NCBI RefSeq assembly: GCF_000270205.1
Contig: NC_015913.1
Coordinates: 1,320,001 to 1,352,000, forward strand
From: Candidatus Arthromitus sp. SFB-mouse-Japan
GTDB taxonomy: Bacteria; Bacillota; Clostridia; Clostridiales; Clostridiaceae
Direction of reading: 5' to 3'
DNA length: 32,000 nucleotides
Translations under genes and position numbers: made by a program
The notes under the pieces: model-generated
What the model was told of the DNA's origin: nothing
The model's database searches: none
Seen by the model: only the letters and a program-made list of their open reading frames with translations
Shown here: positions 19,006 to 27,962 of the stretch, piece after piece
How the letters are laid out: every line of letters starts with the position of its first letter
How positions within the stretch are numbered: the stretch's first letter is position 1

Positions 19006-19902
19006 CTATAAACTGCTAAGCTCATCAATATATCTTTTAAGTGCGTTATTATCTTCTCTTTTAAGTGCATATTCACATAAAACTGCTAGTACATTTCTTC
19101 CTACAAATCTGTATAATTTCTCATTTAATCCAAAATAATTCTTATATTTACTACCTATACTTAAAGCATATTTTTCTATAACTTCATCTAATTCCATATT
19201 TTTAATTTTAGAGTCAAGTATATAATAATCCCAAATAGGATTATCATCTAGTAAACTTAACCTATTTAATATAAATCCATCGATATCACTACATTCAATT
19301 AACTTTAAATAATCTCTTATCTTTATAATATTTATCTTAGTATTTACAAAATTCTTATATTGATAATTACTTATCCTATCTTCTAATACAACTTCATTAT
19401 TAATTAAATCATTAATAGTAAAATTTACATTACATGGTACTATCTCTTTTAGTATGAAATATAGTTCACTTAATTCTAAATAATCTTCTAAAAAAAGCTC
19501 ATCAGCATTTAATCTTATAGCTATCTTATTAGAACAATCATAATTATGCATGTTTGGATACGTTTTAGAACAAATTTTATATAAGTTTTTATCTTGAACT
19601 TCATCTATAAGATCAATATCTATTCCATAATCTCTATAGTATAGAAGATTCTCAACAAAACAATCTAAATCCTCATATATGTTATAATAATCTAGTACCT
19701 CTTCATAATCGTTTCCAAAAAAATAATTCTTCAACCCATCAGACACAGAATCTATAAGCTTTAATACTTTAATCCTCCTTTGTACTTTTAAAATTAAATT
19801 ACTATTTATCTTTTCTCTTCCTAAAAGTTCATCAATTATATAGTAGAAAAAGTTAATGTTCCCTATTAAAAATTTGGAATACGCATGTACAAAATCTCCC
19901 AA
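19006..19902 (-). CDS. orphan acidic cytoplasmic protein, no recognisable domain
   Basis: The TTG start is 6 nt after AAGGAG. There is no TM segment or signal peptide. The sequence is Asp/Glu/Tyr/Asn-rich and looks predominantly helical. Terminators bracket the gene on both sides. Confidence 0.6.
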   Translation of the reverse strand: MGDFVHAYSKFLIGNINFFYYIIDELLGREKINSNLILKVQRRIKVLKLIDSVSDGLKNYFFGNDYEEVLDYYNIYEDLDCFVENLLYYRDYGIDIDLIDEVQDKNLYKICSKTYPNMHNYDCSNKIAIRLNADELFLEDYLELSELYFILKEIVPCNVNFTINDLINNEVVLEDRISNYQYKNFVNTKINIIKIRDYLKLIECSDIDGFILNRLSLLDDNPIWDYYILDSKIKNMELDEVIEKYALSIGSKYKNYFGLNEKLYRFVGRNVLAVLCEYALKREDNNALKRYIDELSSL

Positions 19903-19964
19903 TTTATTCTCCTTAAAAATTAATCTTCTTTATATAGATAATTATTTAATAATTAAAATATACC

Positions 19965-19997
19965 CATAACAAAAGGCATGTACATAGTACACGCCTT
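19965..19997 (-). terminator. intrinsic terminator after the 719-aa surface protein gene
   Basis: On the minus strand AAGGCGTGTAC-TAT-GTACATGCCTT (19973-19997) forms an 11-bp stem with one G-U pair, followed by TTGTTAT. Confidence 0.6.
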
Positions 19998-20004
19998 AAT
20001 TTAT

Positions 20005-20370
20005 TTACTCTACTCTCAATCCAAGACTATATAGGAAGTTTCTAGTTTCTGATTCACCAAGCATTCTCTCAGATATAGCTTGCATTGCTGCAGTTCTATC
20101 TCCGATTTCTGCAATTGTCTCTTCTAGAGTCTTAACCCACCAAGCAAGTCCCTCAGCATCAGATGTCCTTCCTGTAACTGATCTATACATACGCTCTACA
20201 TATTTAGTATTATCTAAGTTCTTCTCCTTGTACTCTTGCTCATTAACTATATTTGATGTAAAGTAATTAACTGAAAACTCTTGAGAAGCAAGTTTTGATG
20301 TCCAATATGCCATTCCATCTGGGTCTCCATCTCTTAAGAAAAAGATATTGTAGAATCCTTCAATCCACTC
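20005..20370 (-). other. shared C-terminal module, copy 2 (121 aa)
   Basis: Repeat 1 is WIEGFYNIFFLRDGDPDGMAYWTSKL. Repeat 2 is YVERMYRSVTGRTSDAEGLAWWVKTL. The module ends ...LYSLGLRVE*. Confidence 0.75.
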
Positions 20371-22164
20371 TTTTGCATTTGTGATTTTCTTAGTTGTAAA
20401 TGGATCTATATCCATAGATAACTCTTGTCCATCTGTAAGAGTAACTATTAATTGAAGCCCTTTAGTTAAATTGTTTGGAATCAATCCATATAGCTTAACC
20501 AAATTTTCCTTAGTATCATAGAATGAACTTGCAATTGAATCTCCAGTAATTGAAACATCCTTTATAATTCCATCTGGATCATTAAATAAAATTTCAAATT
20601 CTGCCTTAGTTGGAGTAACATTCTTAAGTTCAAAAGTATCTAATAACTCTCCTTCAGCTGAAGCCTTACCTCCCATTGTTCTTATTGTCATAGGATTTAC
20701 AGAAATAGGATCATAATTTGTAAATCTCCTATTGATATCTCCATCTCCTGAATTAAATGTTACAATTAATTCCGTAAACTTATAATCAGTTCCTGATTTT
20801 AATCCAGTTATCAATATATCTTTATATTCAGCAGCATTCTTCTGAGGATCTTTTACAGTATCATCAAGTTTAGCATAGGATTGCATAACTCCAACTTTCT
20901 CAGCCTCTTTTAAAATCTTGCCATCATAAAGTTTCCCATTTGAATCCTTCATTTGTATTCTTTTAATTGTATCTTCTGGGTCATATAACGCATCATAAAA
21001 TACGACACCATCGTCTATAGGTCTTATATTTGCATGGTTATAGCCTTGAGATTTATCATCTTCTGAAGTTGGACCCACGTAGCTAACTATATTACTATCA
21101 CTTGAGACAACCTCACCATTTTCATTAAAATCCAAATCAACAAAGTAAGAAACAGTTGGCTTAATTGCTAAAGGATCTAATGGGTTTGTATTATCAATGT
21201 TTATATTTTCTGTTAGTAGTGGATCTAAATATGGGATTATACCTGTTTTACTATTTATACTTGTTTGGATAGATGTTTTTTGTACTACACTCTGCTCTAC
21301 AAGAGTTGGAAAAACTAAAGAACCCCCAAATTCCACATTAGTTATCTCAGCTCCTGTTGGTAAACCATAAATTTTAAAATAAACATTACCATCATTATCT
21401 ACAATTTTTGGAGCATTATAAGTATTCGTATACTGGTTCCTCTTAGCTGTTGTAGTATCCATAACTAAATCTTCAATTGATATCTTTTTAGTTTCTGTCT
21501 TGGCACCACTTGTATATGTTACATTAAGTGTAAAATCTTTATTTACCAATTTCCCTGACTCATCTTTCATACCAAGTGAATTTTGTAAAACTGTTGCAAG
21601 AGTTTCTTGTTGAATCAATTCAATTTGACTACCTTTACCTTGAGAAAGCAATGTTGCATTCTTAGAATATTCCTTAACAGCTGCATCAATGGTAGACTTT
21701 AATGCAGTTGCTACATTTCCAGAAAATTTAACTTTAATATAAGCATATCCACCATTAGATGTATCCCTTAAATAAGACTTTTGATATCCCTCTATATCTT
21801 CTCTTGTCACAACCGAAGTATTACGAATTACTCCGCCTTCAATTCCTAATATCGTTAAAAATTGTTCATCTTCATTTTGTGATGATGAAGACTTTACAAA
21901 ATCTTCTGTTCCCTTTAAAGGAAGTATTTCATTCTCATCATACTGACCATTACCATTAAAGTCAACTGCTCCAGGATTTGCTCCAGCTGGTATTTCTACA
22001 TTTGAAAGGTTAACTGTAAACTGATTATCCCCTTCAACATATCTACTTTGTTGTGCTGGTACAGCCCAAGCATATTTTGAACCAAAATGAACTATAACAC
22101 CAGAAGCAATAGATAAAGATAAAAATATCCCAATTAATCTTTTTGTAAATTTTTTACTAAACAT
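20005..22164 (-). CDS. cysteine-free secreted surface protein with a C-terminal tandem DUF4214-like module
   Basis: The SD AAGGAGG precedes the ATG. The signal peptide is ...HFGSKYAWA|VPAQQ. It contains a Ca-loop-like DFNGNGQYDENE and FN3-like units (ITGLKSGTDYKFTELIVTF; LYGLIPNNLTKGLQLIVTL). It ends in the shared terminal module, and I saw no Cys. Confidence 0.85.
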   Translation of the reverse strand: MFSKKFTKRLIGIFLSLSIASGVIVHFGSKYAWAVPAQQSRYVEGDNQFTVNLSNVEIPAGANPGAVDFNGNGQYDENEILPLKGTEDFVKSSSSQNEDEQFLTILGIEGGVIRNTSVVTREDIEGYQKSYLRDTSNGGYAYIKVKFSGNVATALKSTIDAAVKEYSKNATLLSQGKGSQIELIQQETLATVLQNSLGMKDESGKLVNKDFTLNVTYTSGAKTETKKISIEDLVMDTTTAKRNQYTNTYNAPKIVDNDGNVYFKIYGLPTGAEITNVEFGGSLVFPTLVEQSVVQKTSIQTSINSKTGIIPYLDPLLTENINIDNTNPLDPLAIKPTVSYFVDLDFNENGEVVSSDSNIVSYVGPTSEDDKSQGYNHANIRPIDDGVVFYDALYDPEDTIKRIQMKDSNGKLYDGKILKEAEKVGVMQSYAKLDDTVKDPQKNAAEYKDILITGLKSGTDYKFTELIVTFNSGDGDINRRFTNYDPISVNPMTIRTMGGKASAEGELLDTFELKNVTPTKAEFEILFNDPDGIIKDVSITGDSIASSFYDTKENLVKLYGLIPNNLTKGLQLIVTLTDGQELSMDIDPFTTKKITNAKEWIEGFYNIFFLRDGDPDGMAYWTSKLASQEFSVNYFTSNIVNEQEYKEKNLDNTKYVERMYRSVTGRTSDAEGLAWWVKTLEETIAEIGDRTAAMQAISERMLGESETRNFLYSLGLRVE

Positions 22165-22310
22165 TTTTTCCTCCTTGAAAGAATTAAATTCTAAACATTA
22201 ATCTTCCAAACCGATGAATTTTTAAATTTAAATTCATGTTATGTTCACATAATCGGAATATTTTTATTTTTATTTACTATATGTAATTATTTTTATTTGA
22301 TTTTTTATGT

Positions 22311-22670
22311 TTAAAAATTCAAAATTGATTCCATATATTCCTTACTTGATTCCATATTTAAAAACTTATCTAAAATTTCAAGTTTAGCTTCATTAATAAA
22401 TTCCGCACTTGATAATTTTGTATTAAACTCTTCCAATGTAATTATAGATAATCTTCCATTTATTACTTTTTTATTTGATAAAAAATAAATACTATCAACC
22501 ATTTCTTTAGGAGTTGTATTCATTCTATCAAATTCATCGCTTAAAATAATATCTACCAATATACTTTTCAAATCAACCGTATTGTCTAAAATATTATGTA
22601 AATTTTCGGAGTACTCTTTTTCAGTGGGATATCTTTTCAATACCTGATAATAAATTTTAACAAAATAACT
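22311..22670 (-). other. shared C-terminal module, copy 3 (degenerate, 119 aa)
   Basis: YFVKIYYQVLKRYPTEKEYSENL and MVDSIYFLSNKKVINGRLSIITL align position-for-position with the repeats of the other copies. The module ends ...MESILNF*. Confidence 0.55.
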
Positions 22671-23435
22671 CTGAATTTCTGAATCATGTTCCATTAAGAG
22701 TTTTGGAATAATAAATTTCATTTTATTTGAACTATTCTCATCAGCGATTATTTCCACATTTAAATACTGTTTACCCGGAACCAAATTCCCAATTATTATT
22801 TTTTTATTATTTTTATCATAATCAATACTTAAACCCGAAATTTTATTTTCATTAAAATTTGCTGTAATGGTAAACTTTGAATTTGAACTTATATTTATAT
22901 TTTCTGGAATATTAACTAGGCTAGTTATCCCCTTTATTGTATAATCATTTAGTGTAATAACATTTTCATAACTTTGATATAATCCATCATCTATATTAAC
23001 CACAAAAATATCACTCATATAAATTTTTTCGTTATTTTTAAGAAATATCTTCAAATATAAATCTTTATTTTTATCTAACAAATCCAAACTTTTGTATAAA
23101 CTACTCTCAAAATTTTCATCAATATTAATATTAAATCTCTCTATATAGCTATCTTCTGTATTAATATCTTTACTATGTATAGAAAACTTATACTCATCTA
23201 AATTTTTCAAATTAATTTCTTGTAAATTATACATAATATATTTAACCAAATCGTCTTTAGTTAATTTATTTGTATCAATGGATGATAAAAATATCTTGCC
23301 ATCCTTTATACCTACAAATTCCTTACCTAAAATTTTTATATCAACAGTTTTCAATATAAAATCTAAATTTATAGTTACTAATAGTATGCAAATAAAAGCG
23401 ACTATCCCAATAAGATTACGTAATTTATAGTTCAA
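22311..23435 (-). CDS. N-terminally anchored surface-protein paralog with a degenerate copy of the shared C-terminal module
   Basis: It uses a TTG start and has an uncleaved-looking anchor (LIGIVAFICILLVTINL). An FN3-like unit (IIGNLVPGKQYLNVEII) precedes a 119-aa tail that is collinear with the module, but its R-x-x-D-x-x-G-x-x-x-W cores are eroded. Confidence 0.7.
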   Translation of the reverse strand: MNYKLRNLIGIVAFICILLVTINLDFILKTVDIKILGKEFVGIKDGKIFLSSIDTNKLTKDDLVKYIMYNLQEINLKNLDEYKFSIHSKDINTEDSYIERFNINIDENFESSLYKSLDLLDKNKDLYLKIFLKNNEKIYMSDIFVVNIDDGLYQSYENVITLNDYTIKGITSLVNIPENINISSNSKFTITANFNENKISGLSIDYDKNNKKIIIGNLVPGKQYLNVEIIADENSSNKMKFIIPKLLMEHDSEIQSYFVKIYYQVLKRYPTEKEYSENLHNILDNTVDLKSILVDIILSDEFDRMNTTPKEMVDSIYFLSNKKVINGRLSIITLEEFNTKLSSAEFINEAKLEILDKFLNMESSKEYMESILNF

Positions 23436-23523
23436 TTATATACACCACTTCTCTAATAAACTTTAAAAAGCTAACTAATACTCTACAATAAAAGCATATT
23501 TCTACTCGTACAATACTCACATT

Positions 23524-24516
23524 TTAATTTTCTATATACTTATCCTTTAATACTAAATCAACCCAATTCAAATTATCCAAATACCAATTTATAGTACTCC
23601 TAATAGCTACCTCAAAATTGGTATCACATTTAAACCCCAGTTCAGAATATATTTTGCTACTATCAACTGAATATTTTATATCGTGACCCAATCTATCATC
23701 AATATAAGTTATGAGAGAATAATCCTTATTTAATATATCCAATATTTTCTTTATCAAACTTAAATTATCAATCTCATATCCTGAAGAAATATTATATATT
23801 TCTCCTGTTTTACCCTCTCTTATAATTTTATCCACTGCTATTGAATGATCATGTACATATACCCAATCCCTAACGTTACTTCCATCACCATATACAGGTA
23901 TTTTATTCTCTCTAACTGCATTTACAATAACAATAGGTATCAATTTTTCTGGAAACTGATAAGATCCATAGTTATTTGTGCATCTCGATATTGTCACATG
24001 AAGTTTATACATTCTAAAATAACTCATTACTAACATATCTGCTGATGCTTTTGAAACTGAATAAGGTGAAGATGGTTTTAATATATCACATTCTTTAAAA
24101 CTTCTTCCATCATCTAATCTTAAATCACCATATACCTCATCGGTTGAAATTTGATGGTATTTATTAACACCATACTTTAAACACATATCCATTAAATTTT
24201 TTGTTCCTATAATGTTTGTCTCCAAAAATACTTGTCCATTATAAATTGATTTATCTACATGAGATTCTGCAGCATAATTTATTACAACATCAAAACTCTC
24301 ATTTTGAAAAATATTCTCCAAAAACTTTATATCCAAAATATTCCCTCTATAAAATTTAAAATTTATATTTTGTCTAACAAGCTCTAAATTTTCAAGGTTT
24401 CCCGCATAAGTCAATGCATCTATACAAGTAATATCTATATTTCTATACTTGTTAATCATATAATGAATAAAATTACTTCCTATAAACCCTGCTCCACCTA
24501 CTACACAAATCTTCAT
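23524..24516 (-). CDS. rfbB: dTDP-glucose 4,6-dehydratase
   Basis: It has the SDR Rossmann motif GGAGFIGSNF, AAESHVDKS, STDEVYG and the catalytic YSVSKASADM. It also has NNYGSYQFPEKLIP and RLGHDIKY. The SD is AGGAGGG. Confidence 0.9.
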   Translation of the reverse strand: MKICVVGGAGFIGSNFIHYMINKYRNIDITCIDALTYAGNLENLELVRQNINFKFYRGNILDIKFLENIFQNESFDVVINYAAESHVDKSIYNGQVFLETNIIGTKNLMDMCLKYGVNKYHQISTDEVYGDLRLDDGRSFKECDILKPSSPYSVSKASADMLVMSYFRMYKLHVTISRCTNNYGSYQFPEKLIPIVIVNAVRENKIPVYGDGSNVRDWVYVHDHSIAVDKIIREGKTGEIYNISSGYEIDNLSLIKKILDILNKDYSLITYIDDRLGHDIKYSVDSSKIYSELGFKCDTNFEVAIRSTINWYLDNLNWVDLVLKDKYIEN

Positions 24517-24776
24517 AAAACCCTCCTACTAAAAATTAAATATAGAAATCTTCACACATATCTTATAATTTAAAATTACAAATTTATCTAATCCGTATAA
24601 CATTAATAAGTCTACTATAATTTCTAAATTTCTTCTACTTTAATGAACATAATTTCCTTGAATTAATTCTAAATCATAATATAATAATTCTTAATAATCT
24701 TCATAAATAATCACAATATTACCTTAAAAATATTTTAATGGAGATTATTTAATTTTTAATAAAGGTGAATTTATAA

Positions 24777-26516
24777 ATGAATAAGAAAACTTACATTGAA
24801 AACATACAAGCATCCATAAAAAATATTCCATGTGATTTAGTGATAAAAAATATAACAATCATAGATGTATTCCAAAATTCCTCATTTGTATCAGATGTTG
24901 CTATTCATAATGGTTATATTGTTGGCATTGGAAATTACTCAGGACAAAATGAAATAGATGGAAATAAAAAATATATTTGTCCAGGTCTTATAGATGCACA
25001 TGCCCATATAGAATCATCTCTATTAACACCAAAAGAATATTATAAAACTGCTCTTATACATGGAATAACTTCAATAATCATAGATCCTCATGAAATTGCT
25101 AACGTTCTCGGAATTGATGGAATCAACCTAATGATAGAACTATCCCAAAATATTCCATTTGATTTTTACTTTATGCTCCCTTCATGCGTACCTGCAACAG
25201 AATTTGAAAATTCTGGTTCCATATTAAAAAATTCAGATCTTTATCCATTTTATAAAAATAATAAAATCCTTGGACTTGCTGAAGTTATGGATCTCAGAGC
25301 TGTTCTTGAATGCAATGAAGATATGATAGATAAAATTTACGATGCTTATTTAAATAATAAAATTATAGATGGTCACTGTGCTGGATTCTCAATCGATCAT
25401 ATAAATGCATATACAACTGCTTATATAAAAACAGATCATGAATGTCACACTCATGAAGAATTAATTGAAAGAATTCGTCGAGGAATGTATGTACATATAA
25501 GAGAAGGTACTGTTGCCAAAAATTTAAGAGAACTAATAAAAGGTGTATCAATACACAATAGCAGAAAACTTTGTTTATGTACTGATGATAAACACATAGA
25601 TGATTTTGTAAAATATGGTTCCATAGATAATTCAATAAGAATGTGTATTAGAAGCGGTCTAAGCCCTGAAACCTCAATTCAAATGGCCACTATAAATACA
25701 TCTGAATGCTATAAATTAAATAAAAAAGGTGCTATCGCTCCTGGATATATTGCAGACTTTTTAATATTAGATTCACTACACGATTTTAAAATTTCATCTG
25801 TATATAAAAATGGAAATTTAGTTGTTAAAGATAATGAACTAATAAATAATGATGACTCTACTACAAAAATTTCATTAAAAACTCAAATAAATATTCCAAA
25901 TCTTGCAGAAGATCATTTTAAAATCTCTATCAAAAATAAATCATTCCTAAATGTCATAGAAATAATACCTAACAATTTAAAAACTAATCATCTTAAAATA
26001 GACATATCTTCTCTTAATTTGAAATGCAATGAATACTTTAATGCACATATCGAAAATGATTTATTAAAACTAGCTATTATAGAAAGACACAATAATACTG
26101 GAAATATTGGACTCGGAATCGTAAAAGGACTTATGTTAAACTCTGGAGCAATAGCCACAACAATCGCTCATGATTCTCATAATCTAATTGTTTGTGGTGC
26201 AAATGATCAAGACATGATTCTTGCATGTAATCACATAAAAGAAATCGGTGGTGGAATTACAATTGTAGATAATGGGAAAGTACTCTACTCATTAAGGTTA
26301 GAAATTGGAGGTCTTATTACAAATAGAAAAGCTTCGGATGTTATAAAAGATTTAGAAATTTTACACAACAATATTAACATACTGTCACCAAACTTAACCT
26401 TCAATCCATTCTTAACATTATCTTTCTTATCTCTTCCAGTAATTCCTAACATAAAAATTACTGATAAGGGTCTATTTGACACTATAAATTTTAAATTTAT
26501 AGATGTATGTGAATAA
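24777..26516 (+). CDS. ade: adenine deaminase
   Basis: It has the amidohydrolase metal motif GLIDAHAHIESS. The adenine-deaminase C-terminal domain is present (IERHNNTGNIGLGIVKG...TTIAHDSHNLIVCGANDQDM...GGGI). The length of 579 aa is typical. Confidence 0.88.
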   Translation: MNKKTYIENIQASIKNIPCDLVIKNITIIDVFQNSSFVSDVAIHNGYIVGIGNYSGQNEIDGNKKYICPGLIDAHAHIESSLLTPKEYYKTALIHGITSIIIDPHEIANVLGIDGINLMIELSQNIPFDFYFMLPSCVPATEFENSGSILKNSDLYPFYKNNKILGLAEVMDLRAVLECNEDMIDKIYDAYLNNKIIDGHCAGFSIDHINAYTTAYIKTDHECHTHEELIERIRRGMYVHIREGTVAKNLRELIKGVSIHNSRKLCLCTDDKHIDDFVKYGSIDNSIRMCIRSGLSPETSIQMATINTSECYKLNKKGAIAPGYIADFLILDSLHDFKISSVYKNGNLVVKDNELINNDDSTTKISLKTQINIPNLAEDHFKISIKNKSFLNVIEIIPNNLKTNHLKIDISSLNLKCNEYFNAHIENDLLKLAIIERHNNTGNIGLGIVKGLMLNSGAIATTIAHDSHNLIVCGANDQDMILACNHIKEIGGGITIVDNGKVLYSLRLEIGGLITNRKASDVIKDLEILHNNINILSPNLTFNPFLTLSFLSLPVIPNIKITDKGLFDTINFKFIDVCE

Positions 26517-26522
26517 AATATA

Positions 26523-26552
26523 TTGATTTATAATCACAATTAAGTATATAAT
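26523..26552 (+). promoter_or_regulatory. candidate sigma-A promoter of the codBA leader
   Basis: TTGATT (26523-26528), an 18-nt spacer and TATAAT (26547-26552) sit just upstream of the PyrR-type leader. Confidence 0.45.
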
Positions 26553-26571
26553 ATCTTTCAAGAAAACTAGT

Positions 26572-26676
26572 CCTTTAATTTTAGTCCAGAGAGACTAACA
26601 AGGCCTTATACGAATATGTTTTTTATATAATTTAAGATAATTCGTTTTTTGACGGCCTTTTGGTCGTTATTTTTTT
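26572..26676 (+). promoter_or_regulatory. PyrR-type transcription attenuator (binding loop, antiterminator, terminator)
   Basis: AGUCCAGAGAGACU (26583-26596) matches the PyrR binding-loop consensus ARUCCAGAGAGGYU at 13 of 14 positions. It sits in the hairpin TTAGTC-CAGAGA-GACTAA, with a lower stem CCTT (26572-26575) / AAGG (26600-26603). An alternative long-range helix pairs AAGGCC+CGAAT (26600-26615) with ATTCG+GGCCTT (26639-26659). The terminator is ACGGCC-TTTT-GGTCGT (26652-26667) followed by T7 (26670-26676). Confidence 0.7.
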
Positions 26677-26718
26677 ATGCTAGTTTACTAAAAATTTAAT
26701 ATAATTGGAGATGACTAA

Positions 26719-27960
26719 ATGAATAAAAACAAAATGTCAGATATAGATTATTCTTTATCTTCTGTAGATCCAAATGACAGAAAAGGATTCTTTTCAATAT
26801 TTGTTGTAATGCTAGGATTTACATTTTTTTCTGCAAGTATGCTAACAGGTGCAACTATTGGAGTCTCTCTCAGTTTAAATGACTTCCTAAAATCTATATT
26901 AATTGGAAACTTAATTCTATCTATATACACTGGATTATTATCATACATAGGATCTGATACTGGATTATCACTACATTTATTAACTAAATATTCATTTGGA
27001 TTAAAGGGATCTTATCTCCCATCATTTATTACAAGCATAACTCAAATAGGATGGTTCGGTGTAGGTATTTCAATGTTTGCAATACCCATATCAAATAGAT
27101 TCAATATAAATCTTTATGTTATTGTTCTAATAACAGGAATTCTAATGACTAGTACTGCCTACTTTGGAATGAAATCACTTACTATATTGAGTGCAATCGC
27201 TGTACCTGCTATTGCAATACTCGGTGGTTTATCACTATTTATAGCACTCCAATCAATTGGCGGATTCGGTAAACTATATAGTATCACTCCGACAAATCCA
27301 ATGAATTTAATAACTGCAATAACCTTATGTATTGGATCTTTTATAAGTGGGGGAACTGTTACTCCAGACTTTACTAGGTTTTCAAGGACAAAGAAAATCG
27401 CAGTATCAACAACAGTAATAGCTTTCTTTATCGGAAACTCCTTAATGTTCTTGTTTGGTGCAATTGGTGCAATGGTTACTGGAAATTCTGACATAGCCGA
27501 TGTAATGTTTTCTCAAGGACTTATTATACCAGCTATAATTGTACTCGGACTTAATATATGGACAACAAATGATAATGCAATATATACAGCAGGACTCGGA
27601 CTTTCTAATATAACAAAAGTTAAAAAGAGTAAATTGGTATTAATAAGTGGTTTAATTGGAACTCTAGGATCTATATGGATTAATAATAATTTTACAGCTT
27701 TCCTAACTTTATTGAACTCAATGCTGCCTCCAATTGGGGGTGTTGTCATCGCAGATTACTTTTTCATAAAAAAACTCAAATACAATAAAATAGAAGTTAC
27801 TAAATTCAAAGAGATTAATCCAATAGCTATAATATCATTCATTATTGGATTTTTAGTTTCAAACTTTATATCATTTGGCATACCTGCTATAAATGCTATT
27901 ATTTCAACAATAATTGTTTATATTATTGGAATGAAAATTTTCAAGGATAAGGATGTGTAA
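26719..27960 (+). CDS. codB: cytosine permease (NCS1 family)
   Basis: It is collinear with E. coli CodB along the whole length (for example [44 protein letters not shown]). It is a ~12-TM protein with SD GGAGA. Confidence 0.9.
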   Translation: MNKNKMSDIDYSLSSVDPNDRKGFFSIFVVMLGFTFFSASMLTGATIGVSLSLNDFLKSILIGNLILSIYTGLLSYIGSDTGLSLHLLTKYSFGLKGSYLPSFITSITQIGWFGVGISMFAIPISNRFNINLYVIVLITGILMTSTAYFGMKSLTILSAIAVPAIAILGGLSLFIALQSIGGFGKLYSITPTNPMNLITAITLCIGSFISGGTVTPDFTRFSRTKKIAVSTTVIAFFIGNSLMFLFGAIGAMVTGNSDIADVMFSQGLIIPAIIVLGLNIWTTNDNAIYTAGLGLSNITKVKKSKLVLISGLIGTLGSIWINNNFTAFLTLLNSMLPPIGGVVIADYFFIKKLKYNKIEVTKFKEINPIAIISFIIGFLVSNFISFGIPAINAIISTIIVYIIGMKIFKDKDV

Positions 27961-27962
27961 TA

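Noticed and set aside
13917-22164. Sortase (LPXTG) or other known non-covalent anchors as the explanation for surface retention. This includes the LPTG string in the 719-aa protein (YGLPTGAEI).
   Set aside because: The LPTG lacks the X position and sits mid-protein with no following hydrophobic tail or basic stop-transfer. All four C-termini are hydrophilic, and I saw no SLH, CWB2, LysM, GW or choline-binding repeat patterns.
22165-22310. A promoter or terminator between the 374-aa and 719-aa genes: the TAGAAT with upstream TG at 22188-22197, and the AT-rich hairpin ATGAATTT/AAATTCAT at 22214-22237.
   Set aside because: The TG is 2 nt rather than 1 nt from the -10 hexamer and there is no -35. 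The hairpin is all A/T with no T run on the coding strand. I therefore leave co-transcription as the default and annotate nothing here.
24517-24776. A purine (adenine/guanine) riboswitch or PurR box upstream of adenine deaminase, including the PurBox-like ATCCGTATAACATTA at 24591-24605.
   Set aside because: I could not find the conserved purine-riboswitch cores (UAUNNGG...UUUCUACC...CCGUAAA...). The PurBox-like string has a 3-nt insertion relative to the CCGAACATT core.
27159-27749. Two minus-strand ORFs (111 aa and 78 aa) opposite codB.
   Set aside because: codB aligns end-to-end with E. coli CodB on the plus strand. The antisense ORFs are mirror-hydrophobic artefacts.
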